Below, one piece after another: positions 1 through 11,300 of a stretch of DNA of 64,000 nucleotides. Location of the stretch: the NCBI GenBank assembly GCA_002269645.1, contig NIVC01000869.1, forward strand, positions 62,001 to 126,000. Reading direction: 5' to 3'. A program made the position numbers and the translations under genes. The notes beneath the pieces are model-generated. The model was given only the letters and a program-made list of their open reading frames with translations. It searched no databases and was not told the origin of the DNA. Each line of letters opens with the position of its first letter. The first letter of the stretch is position 1. The DNA comes from Macrostomum lignano. Taxonomy: Eukaryota.

Positions 1-18
1 CATGATTATTACAGCTAT

Positions 19-2161
19 TAACATCTACTGACAGCTGCTGACACCTAATAACACCTACTGGCATCTACTGACAGCTGCTGACACCTAATAACACCTACTG
101 GCATCTACTGACAGCTGCTGACACCTAATAACACCTACTGGCATCTACTGACAGCTGCTGAAACCTAATAACACCTACTGGCATCTACTGACAGCTGCTG
201 ACACCTAATAACACCTACTGGCATCTACTGACAGCTGCTGACACCTAATAACACCTACTGGCATCTACTGACAGCTGCTGACACCTAATAACACCTACTG
301 GCACCTACTGATAGCTGCTGACACCTAATAACACCTACTGGCACCTACTGACAGCTGCTGAAACCTAATAACACCTACTGGCACCTACTGACAGCTGCTG
401 AAACCTAATAACACCTACTGGCACCTTCTGACAGCTGTTGACACCTAATAACACCTACTGGCACCTTCTGACAGCTGCTGACACCTAATAACACCTACTG
501 GCACCTTCTGACAGCTGCTGACACCTAATAACACCTACTGGCACCTACTGACAGCTGCTGAAACCTAATAACACCTACTGGCACCTACTGACAGCTGCTG
601 AAACCTAATAACACCTACTGGCACCTTCTGACAGCTGTTGACACCTAATAACACCTACTGGCACCTACTGATAGCTGCTGACACCTAATAACACCTACTG
701 GCATCTACTGACAGCTGCTGACACCTAATAACACCTACTGGCACCTTCTGACAGCTGCTGAAACCTAATAACACCTACTGGCACCTACTGATAGCTGCTG
801 ACACCTAATAACACCTACTGGCACCTACTGACAGCTGCTGACACCTAATAACACCTACTGGCACCTACTGACAGCTGCTGACACCTAATAACACCTACTG
901 GCACCTACTGACAGCTGCTGACACCTAATAACACCTACTGGCATCTACTGACAGCTGCTGACACCTAATAACACCTACTGGCACCTACTGATAGCTGCTG
1001 ACACCTAATAACACCTACTGGCACCTTCTGACAGCTGTTGACACCTAATAACACCTACTGGCACCTACTGACAGCTGCTGAAACCTAATAACACCTACTG
1101 GCACCTACTGACAGCTGCTGAAACCTAATAACACCTACTGGCACCTTCTGACAGCTGTTGACACCTAATAACACCTACTGACACCTGCTGACAGCTGCTG
1201 ACACCTAATAACACCTACTGGCACCTTCTGATAGCTGCTGACACCTAATAACACCTACTGGCACCTACTGATAGCTGCTGACACCTAATAACACCTACTG
1301 GCACCTACTGACAGCTGCTGACACCTAATAACACCTACTGGCACCTACTGACAGCTGTTGACACCTAATAACACCTACTGGCACCTACTGACAGCTGCTG
1401 ACACCTAATAACACCTACTGGCACCTACTGACAGCTGCTGACACCTAATAACACCTACTGGCATCTACTGACAGCTGCTGACACCTAATAACACCTACTG
1501 GCACCTACTGACAGCTGCTGACACCTAATAACACCTACTGGCACCTTCTGACAGCTGTTGACACCTAATAACACCTACTGGCACCTACTGACAGCTGCTG
1601 AAACCTAATAACACCTACTGGCACCTACTGACAGCTGCTGAAACCTAATAACACCTACTGGCACCTTCTGACAGCTGTTGACACCTAATAACACCTACTG
1701 ACACCTGCTGACAGCTGCTGACACCTAATAACACCTACTGGCACCTTCTGATAGCTGCTGACACCTAATAACACCTACTGGCACCTACTGATAGCTGCTG
1801 ACACCTAATAACACCTACTGGCACCTACTGACAGCTGCTGACACCTAATAACACCTACTGGCACCTACTGACAGCTGTTGACACCTAATAACACCTACTG
1901 GCACCTACTGACAGCTGCTGACACCTAATAACACCTACTGGCACCTACTGACAGCTGCTGACACCTAATAACACCTACTGGCACCTACTGATAGCTGCTG
2001 AAACCTAATAACACCTACTGGCACCTACTGACAGCTGCTGACACCTAATAACACCTACTGACACCTGCTGACAGCTGCTGACACCTAATAACACCTACTG
2101 GCACCTTCTGACAGCTGCTGACACCTAATAACACCTACTGACACCTGCTGACAGCTGCTGA
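19..2161. repeat. 40-bp minisatellite (ACACCTAATAACACCTACTGGCACCTACTGACAGCTGCTG), ~53 copies, probably intronic
   Basis: Regular 40-nt period visible directly. The array ends 17 nt from the minus-strand donor at 2178. Confidence 0.97.
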
Positions 2162-2178
2162 CAGGCAATCTCGCTCAC

Positions 2179-2324
2179 CAGCGGAAGCCGCCGAAGCCAC
2201 TCCGAGCTGATGCCTCGGCGCGATAGCTGCGGCGTCCATCACGATGTCGTCGTCCTCGTCACCGGGCTGGAGCGGCCTGTCGGGCTGTTCGTAGCTCGGC
2301 TCCCGCATCGGGGGTGCCGCTCGG
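2179..2324 (-). CDS. Cytoplasmic-tail exon of KIAA1549-like gene ([13 protein letters not shown]...ASAG)
   Basis: Acceptor gctcAG at 2325-2326 and donor GTGAGC at 2178. Its phase-2 start matches the 2980 donor. Confidence 0.65.
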
Positions 2325-5300
2325 CTGAGCACGGCAGGGAAATTTGATAGAGACAGCGGGTGATCATTAGAAATTTACGACTATAATAACTCCAAAATAT
2401 CCCACAATACTCAACGATCTCCCAAAGCCTCACGCAGTCTCTTAAAATTTTCAAGATTCTCCTAAAGTCTATCCCAATCTCCCCAGGGGGCCGTAGCCCA
2501 GTGGTAGCGCAGCTGCTCTGGTGTGCCAGCGACCCAGGCTCGATTCCAAGTGCAGTCACATTGATTTGGGACTGAATTGGAATCTCGGCTTGGCTCTGCT
2601 CGTGCAATTAACGGCCTTAAGAGCCAACCCCCCCAAGGCGCAGTGAAGTGTACATGCCTAACGATAATATAAAGTTAGGGCCGCTGTACACTCCTGTGTG
2701 AGTGTGTGCCTGCGTACGTATCCGCGCGCTTGTATGCCTGCTCAGGGGAGTCGGCGGAATGGGCAGTAATGCCTCTCGCCAGTTGTGTGCCTATGTCGCT
2801 TAAAGTGCGCCAGGGTGCACACAACCCCCCTGCCTCTAAAAAAAAATTAAAAAAATCCTAATCTCCCCAGTCTCCTAAGGTCTACCTCATCAACTTATAC
2901 TACAGTAAAGACTTCAAAAGCACCCTAAACTATTCAAGTTTTGAGCGCAATTTCCCGCAGTCACAGGCGGAAATCTCACCGAACTGCGCCTCTTTGAGCC
3001 GCTTCCTCCGCCATGAAATCCTCTTCCACGGAGCCGCCCTCCTCCTCCATATCCACATCTCGGCCGCGCCTCGGCTGCCGCTGGCTGTCCCGCAGCACGC
3101 GGGCCACCGAACGGTCGAGCCGCTCCGCCACGCGCTCGGCCAGCTGGTCCATCTCGGCACCACTGATCGCGAGGCCCGCCTTGGCACCGAAATGCTGCGG
3201 TTTGGAGATGGGACAGAGTGTGGGATTGAGTGTGGGACCAGGTGTGGGAGTGGGATAAGGTGTGGGTGTGGGACCAGGTGTGGGAGTGGGACAGGGTGTG
3301 GGAGTGGGACAGGGTGTGGGAGTGGGACAGGGTGTGGGAGTGGGACAGGGTGTGGGAGTGGGACAGGGTGTGGGAGTGGGACAGGGTGTGGGAGTGGGAC
3401 AGGGTGTGGGAGTGGGACAGGGTGTGGGAGTGGGACAGAGTGTGGGAGTGGGACAAGGTGTGGGAGTGGGACAAGGTGTGGGAGTGGGATAGAGTGTGGG
3501 AGTGGGACAGAGTGTGGGAGTGGGACAGGGTGTGGGAGTGGGACAGGGTGTGGGAGTGGGACAGAGTGTGGGAGTGGGACAAGATGTGGGAGTGGAACGG
3601 GGTGTGGGATTGAGTCTGGGACAAGGTGTGGGAGTGGGACAAGGTGTGGGAGTGGGACAAGGTGTGGGAGTGGGACAAGGTGTGGGAGTAGGACAAGGTG
3701 TGGGAGTGGGACAAGGTGTGGGAGTGGGACAAGGTGTGGGAGTGGGACAAGGTGTGGGAGTAGGACAAGGTGTGGGAGTCGGACAAGGTGTGGGAGTAGG
3801 ATAAGGTGTGGGAGTGGGACAAGGTGTGGGAGTAGGACAAGGTGTGGGAGTGGGACAAGGTGTGGGAGTAGGACAAGGTGTGGGAGTGGGACAAGGTGTG
3901 GGAGTAGGACAAGGTGTGGGAGTGGGACAAGGTGTGGGAGTAGGACAAGGTGTGGGAGTGGGACAAGGTGTGGGAGTGGGACGGGGTGTGGGATTGAGTG
4001 TGGGACAGTATGTGAGATTGTACAGCAGAATGGAGCAGATGATTGTGGTTGAAAATCAAGTATCTAAAGAGTACACAAGCGTACATGTAAGAGTAACAAA
4101 ATCAGTAGCACAACATGCAGGCCTCAGATAGTGACAGATTTGAAGCAGGAAAGAAGCAAAAATTAAAACTGAAAGCTAAAACTAAAAAAACAAAAATTAA
4201 AAAATTGCGACAGCTGAAAATCTGTGCGAATTTTGACACGCATTGGAAAGTGCGAATTCACTGAATCGAAGTCTGACTTGACAGCCAGACGAACCTGAGG
4301 ATAATTTTGCTGTCGATGCTGCCACGGGGCGGATGAGAATGGATGAGGCTGCAGCGGAGGCTGGCCAGCTTCCGTCTGTACCGGTATAATGAAATTTAGT
4401 TTTGTTAAAAAATTAGTCAATATAGCAGTTGCTACTACTGTTAGTAGAGTCTATGGCGCTAGGGTAAGAAATGAAGGGCTTTTATTCATTGTCCAGTCCC
4501 CGTGCTTCATTAGGGGCCGAACACTGCAATGAGTGCTCACACTGCAATGAGTGCTCACACTCCAATGAGTGCTCACACTGCAATTAGTGCTCATACTGCA
4601 ATGAGTGCTCACACTGCAATGAGTGCTCACACTGCAATGAGTGCTCACACTGCAATTAGTGCTCATACTGCAATGAGTGCTCACACTGCAATGATTGCTC
4701 ACACTGCAATAACTGCTCACACTGCAATAAGTGTACTCATACTGCAAGCATCGCAGGTACTATATGCATATCCCATCATACAAAAGCATCGTAGTGTTAG
4801 TCCGAAATTATGCCCGAATTATGCCTTTAAACTGGTTCTCGGGGGGGGGGGCGCAGCCCAGGACTAGCACAGCGCCCCGATATGCCAGCGGCCGAGGTTC
4901 TATTCCAAGTGCAGTCACATCAGCTTGCGGCTAAATTCAAATCTCGGCTTGGCTCTACTCGTGCAACTGACGCCCTTGAGGGCCAACCCCCAAGACACAG
5001 TAAAGTGTATATGCCTGCGCATGGCTGCATACGTATCCGCGCGCTTGTGTGCCTGTTCAGGGGAGTCGGCGGAATGGGCAGCAATGCCTCTCGCCGGCTG
5101 TGTGACAATCCGCTTAAAGTGCGCCAGGGTGCACACAACTCCCTGCCTCTAATGAAAAGCCTGCAAGCTCACCGTCTTTCCGTCGCCCTCTAGGCCGAGA
5201 AACTCCAGCTCCTCTGCGGCCGGGCCCTCGTGCTGGTGGGCGAACTTGGGTGCCTCGTACGGGCGCAGGCACTTGTGGTAGGCGAACAGGACCGCCCACA

Positions 5301-8300
5301 CGATGAGCAGTAGGGCGCCCAGGCAGCCCAGCACGGCACCAATCACCCACAACTTGGAGGATGAGGCTGCTGCTGCGCTGTCGTAGACTGAGGGTGGGTT
5401 TGCTTGGCGATCAGTTCGGCAGTTGCCCGCCACGGGGACAGCACGGGAACCACAGTGACCAGTGGCAGGACGTGCACAATGACCCGTACACTGACCTGTG
5501 GGTAGTGACCCTCAGTGACCGGTGGACAGCAAATCCACAGGTCACAGTCACCCATGGACAGTAACCACAGTAACCCCTGGATAGTGAACCCACAGTAACC
5601 CCTGGATAGTGAAACCACAGTAACCCCTGGATAGTGAACCCACAGTGACCACAGTGACCCTCTGGATAGTGAACCCACAGTGAACCCAGTGACCCTCTGG
5701 ATAGTGAACCCACAGTGACCCCTGGATAGTGAACCCACAGTGACCCCTGGATAGTGAACCCACAGTGACCCCCTGGATAGTGAACCCACAGTGACCCCCT
5801 GGATAGTGAACCCACAGTGACCCCCTGGATAGTGAACCCACAGTGACCCCCTGGATAGTGAACCCACAGTGACCCCTGGATAGTGAACCCACAGTGACCC
5901 CTGGATAGTGAACCCACAGTGACCCCCTGGATAGTGAACCCACAGTGGCCCCCTGGATAGTGAACCCACAGTGACCCCCTGGATAGTGAACCTACAGTGA
6001 CCCCCTGGATAGTGAACCCACAGTGACCCCCTGGATAGTGAACCTACAGTGATCACAGTGACCCCTGGATAGTGAGCCCACAGTGACCGTCGACTGCGAC
6101 CCACAGTGGTCACAGTGACCCGCGTGGATAGTGAAACCACAGTGACCCCCTGGATAGTGAACCCACAGTGGTCACAGTGACCCGCGTGGATAGTGAACCC
6201 ACAGTGGCCCCCTGGATAGTGAAACCACAGTGACCCCCTGGATAGTGAACCTACAGTGGTCACAGTGACCCGCGTGGATAGTGAACCCACAGTGGCCCCC
6301 TGGATAGTGAACCCACAGTGACCCCCTGGATAGTGAACCCACAGTGACCCCCTGGATAGTGAACCCACAGTGACTCCCTGGATAGTGAAACCACAGTGAC
6401 CCCCTGGATAGTGAACCCACAGTGACCCCCTGGATAGTGAACCCACAGTGACCCCCTGGATAGTGAACCCACAGTGACCCCCTGGATAGTGAACCCACAG
6501 TGACCCCCTGGATAGTGAACCCACAGTGACCCCCTGGATAGTGAACTCACAGTGACCCGTCGACTGCGACCCACAGTGGGCACAGTGACCCGCGTGGATA
6601 GTGAAACCACAGTGACCCGGGACAGTGACCCAAACTGTCTCTAAACCAATCTGTAAACCAACCAGAATTTGTCACAATAACTTCAACTCTACTGATAGCG
6701 TAGTCTGAAGCAAAGTCAGACTTCAGAAACTCTGAGAAATTAGAAGGCCTAATTCCTTGGGTACACAGTGCTTTCCGCGATACCATAGAACTGTCACTCT
6801 CTAGTGCAAGTCATTCTGTCACACTGTCATACTGTTGTGTATTGAACGAAAATCGCTATCAAGCAGGCTTGGAGACAAACCGGAAGCGGCCGGACTCTCC
6901 ACAGAATAGCCCAACACCACGGGGACTCTGGCCGAGTTGCCGTTGATGGCCGACACGACGCTGTCAGCCGGAAGGTAGGCCGCGCCGCCTGCGCTCATGG
7001 CGTAGTACACCAGGCTGACCCGCTCCGATCCGGCATCGCGGGTGGCGCTGACCAGCTGCAGTCGGAGGCTGCTGTTCTCGGCGAAACGCCTGCGGCGGCT
7101 ACGACCCGTCGAGGACAGAGCTTGCGACTCGGTCAGCAGCGTCAGGAGCAGCGACTCCATGTCATCTGCCCACTGGCAGGCCGAGACGTCCGTGGCAGAT
7201 GGCACCGCCTGAAGAACTGGGGAGGTTCAAAAGTGGATGGGCTGTCTGCCTAAGGAGAACGTTCTCTGAGGACAACTGGCAGTTCATGATAAGGGTCAGG
7301 TGTCTGAGGACGGGCAGTTTGCAGTTCTGAGTGAGGGTCAGGTGTCTGAGGACGGGCAGTTTGCAGTTCTGAGTGAGGGTCAGGTGTCTGAGGACGGGCA
7401 GTTTGCAGTTCTGAGTGAGGGTCAGGTGTCTCAGGACAGGCAGTTTGCAGTTCTGAGTGAGGGTCAGGTGTCTCAGGACAGGCAGTTTGCAGTTCTGAGT
7501 GAGGGTCAGGTGTCTCAGGACAGGCAGTTTGCAGCTCTGAGTGAGGGTCAGGTGTCTCAGGACAGGCAGTTTGCAGTTCTGAGTGAGGGTCAGGTGTCTG
7601 AGGACAGGCAGTTTGCAGCTCTGAGTGAGGGTCAGGTGTCTCAGGACAGGCAGTTTGCAGTTCTGAGTGAGGGTCAGGTGTCTGAGGACAGGCAGTTTGC
7701 AGCTCTGAGTGAGGGTCAGGTGTCTGAGGACAGGCAGTTTGCAGCTCTGAGTGAGGGTCAGGTGTCTCAGGACAGGCAGTTTGCAGTTCTGAGTGAGGGT
7801 CAGGTGTTTCAGGACAGGCAGTTTGCAGTTCTGAGTGAGGGTCAGGTGTTTCAGGACAGGCAGTTTGCAGTTCTGAGTGAGGGTCAGGTGTTTCAGGACA
7901 GGCAGTTTGCAGTTCTGAGTGAGGGTCAGGTGTTTCAGGACAGGCAGTTTGCAGTTCTGAGTGAGGGTCAGGTGTCTCAGGACAGACAGTTTGCAGTTCT
8001 GAGTGAGGGTCAGGTGTTTCAGGACAGGCAGTTTGCAGTTCTGAGTGAGGGTCAGGTGTCTGAGAGCTTGTCTCAGGTGTCTCGAGGTTGCAAATAAATG
8101 CAGCTTCTAGCACCAATAACTGACAGCAGTTACCTGTCAGCACCCAAAACGGTGACAGATTCGGACTGAGGTTCAGCTTCGGCCGGCAAGTGGCCAATGT
8201 GGTTGGCGCACTGGCTGTGCCAGTTGGACTGCCAGTGGAGTCGGTGGTCCCAGCGCTCTCACTGACTCCTAGACTGGCACCGGTTTCCGCTGAAGTTGCT

Positions 8301-11300
8301 GCAGGCGGCGCTGCTGTAATGTCTGCAATGTGAGATTGCAATCTGCTGACACACTCCGATCGCAGCTGCGCGATTCAATTGCAAAGTCTGCACTTTTAGA
8401 GCTTCAAGAGTTAAGCCAGGTAATGCTAAGTTGAGTTGGGCATGTCAGCAGGAAGCTGTGTAAGTTGCTCAGCCGAAAGGCCGCTAAAACATCAAACTGC
8501 GACAGGCGAAAGCGTTAAAATTTGATTCAGACAAAAAGCGGAGGGTTAGAAACGCTAACTTTGCGGCACTTGAGTGGCTCCCGCCTGGGTTAGTCAGCAA
8601 TTAACCCAATGAAATTCAAGCAATGTTAGGCTTAGAAGCCGGAAGCCAAGCGCAGCTGCTTAAGTCATCAGCTGTGAGCAAAGCCCAACCTGAGACTGGG
8701 GCAGACACAGAGGCTGCTGAGACAGGCGCCTCACTACTCGCAGCAGAGACTGAGGTTGGGCTGAACACCTCAGAAGGTGCCGTCGAAAATAACAGCCCTG
8801 ATGCTGATTGGCTCGCTAAAAGCGTTGACACTGCTGTCACACCTGATGATTTGGCCGATGCAGTCACGGATTCACCTGTTGCAGCTGATGCAGTCACGGA
8901 TTCACCTGTTGCAGCTGATGCAGTCACGGATTCCCCTGATGTGGCTGATGCAGTCACGGATTCCCCTGATGTGGCTGATGCATTCACGGATTCACCTGTT
9001 GCAGCTGATGCAGTCACGGATTCCCCTGATGTGGCTGATGCAGTCACGGATTCACCTGTTGCAGCTGATGCAGTCACGGATTCACCTGATGTGGCTGATG
9101 CAGTCACGGATTCACCTGTTGCAGTTGATGCAGTCACAGATTCACCTGTTGCAGCTGGTGCAGTCACGGATTCACCTGATTTGGCTGATGCAGTCACGGA
9201 TTCACCTGTTGCAGCTGGTGCAGTCACGGATTCACCTGTTGCAGTTGATGCAGTCACGGATTCACCTGTTGCAGTTGATGCAGTCACGGATTCACCTGTT
9301 GCAGTTGATGCAGTCACGGATTCACCTGTTGCAGCTGATGCAGTCACGGATTCACCTGTTGCAGTTGATGCAGTCACGGATTCACCTGATGTGGCTGATG
9401 CAGTCACGGATTCACCTGTTGCAGCTGGTGCAGTCACGGATTCACCTGTTGCAGCTGATGCAGTCACTGATTCACCTGTTGCAGCTGATGCAGTCACGGA
9501 TTCACCTGATGTGGCTGATGCAGTCACGGATTCACCTGATTTGGCTGATGCAGTCACGGATTCACCTGATGTGGCTGATGCAGTCACGGATTCACCTGTT
9601 GCAGTTGATGCAGTCACGGATTCACCTGTTGCAGCTGATGCAGTCACGGATTCACCTGATTTGGCTGAAGCAGTCACGGATTCACCTGTTGCAGCTAGTG
9701 CAGTCACGGATTCACCTGATGTGGCCAATGCAGTCACGGATTCACCTGATGTGGCTGATGCAGTCACGGATTCACCTGTTGCAGTTGATGCAGTCACGGA
9801 TTCACCTGTTGCAGCTGATGCAGTCACTGATTCACCTTTTGCAGCTGATGCAGTCACTGATTCACCTGTTGCAGTTGATGCAGTCACGGATTCACCTGAT
9901 GTGGCTGATGCAGTCACGGATTCACCTGTTGCAGTTGATGCAGTCACGGATTCACCTGTTGCAGCTGGTGCAGTCACGGATTCACCTGTTGCAGCTGATG
10001 CAGTCACTGATTCACCTGTTGCAGCTGGTGCAGTCATGGATTCACCTGTTGCAGCTGATGCAGTTACGGATTCACCTTTTGCAGTTGATTCAGTCACGGA
10101 TTCACCTGTTGCAGTTGATGCAGTCACGGATTCACCTGTTGCAGCTGATGCAGTCACGGATTCACCTGTTGCAGTTGATGCAGTCACGGATTCACCTGAT
10201 GTGGCCAATGCAGTCACGGATTCACCTGTTGCAGCTGGTGCAGTCACGGATTCACCTGTTGCAGCTGATGCAGTCACGGATTCACCTGTTGCAGTTGATG
10301 CAGTCACGGATTCACCTGATGTGGCCAATGCAGTCACGGATTCACCTGTTGCAGCTGGTGCAGTCACGGATTCACCTGGTTCAGTAAACTCGGAAGTTGC
10401 AGCGCTAACAGTGGCAGTCGATGTTTCAGCAGCAGACACTGAGTTCACTGCAGATGACATCGATGGGACAAAAAAATCAGTTTGAATGCTGCTCGATTGT
10501 GGAGTTGCTGCATCTGCAGCTGCTGTTTCTGCCACAGCTGAGAATGTGCTCTGGGACGCAATGCCTGGGGAAATACTTGATGTAAAACCTGAGTCAGTGC
10601 TCACAGAGCTGCTGGCATCGAGGATGGCAGTTGGGGAGTCTGGTGCTGCTGAATCCGCTGTGCTTGCTATAATATAGTTGAGGGCATTTAGTTATTCGGA
10701 CAGTGTTTTTTATTGTAATTTATGTGATGGGGAATTGAAACTGCATTGAAAATCTATCACAGTACTCCAACTACAGATACAGCAGCGTAAATACTAACTA
10801 ATACGAATCGTTCGTGAATTGCTAAATATTGCGTGATTGCTATGTTGTTTATAAAGAAAGATTTAATGAATTTACACTGTGATATCTCTGCTACTGCTAG
10901 TAGAACTACGAGTACATTTCAACAGGGGCGTCGCCACCGGGGGGGGACAAGGGGGACATGCCCCCGCCAGTAAAATCTATGGTGGGGACATGTCAATGTT
11001 TTGTCCCACCCCCCATCCCACCAATTGTGACCCGTTATGGAAATTAGTAATTTTGCCTCATGGCGACAAAATATAGCGCCTGCGGCGCCAAAAAGTGTCT
11101 GCAGTGCCAAAATGAGTGCCTACGGCGCCAAAATGAGTGCCTACGGCGCCAAAATGAGTGCCTGCGGCGCCAAAATGAGTGCCTGCTACGCTAAAATGAG
11201 TGCCTGTGGCACCAAAATGAGTGCCTGTGGCGCTAAAATGAGTGCCTATGGCGCTAAAATGAGCGCTGGCAACACTGATTCTGAAAATAATGTCATGTAG

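Noticed and set aside
1-2161. Regular arrays that might be read as CRISPR
   Set aside because: Units are contiguous with no unique spacers, there are no cas genes, and the context is eukaryotic. The same applies to all arrays in the window.
2487-2560. Possible tRNA gene
   Set aside because: A/B boxes are present but I cannot fold a full cloverleaf, and the body, A-tail and TSD indicate a SINE.
8623-10485. Long plus-strand ORFs (620 aa [10 protein letters not shown] repeat; 536 aa [10 protein letters not shown] repeat) and their copies at 14786-16558
   Set aside because: Antisense shadows of a stop-poor 30-bp repeat. Only the minus frame has splice sites that phase with the rest of the gene.
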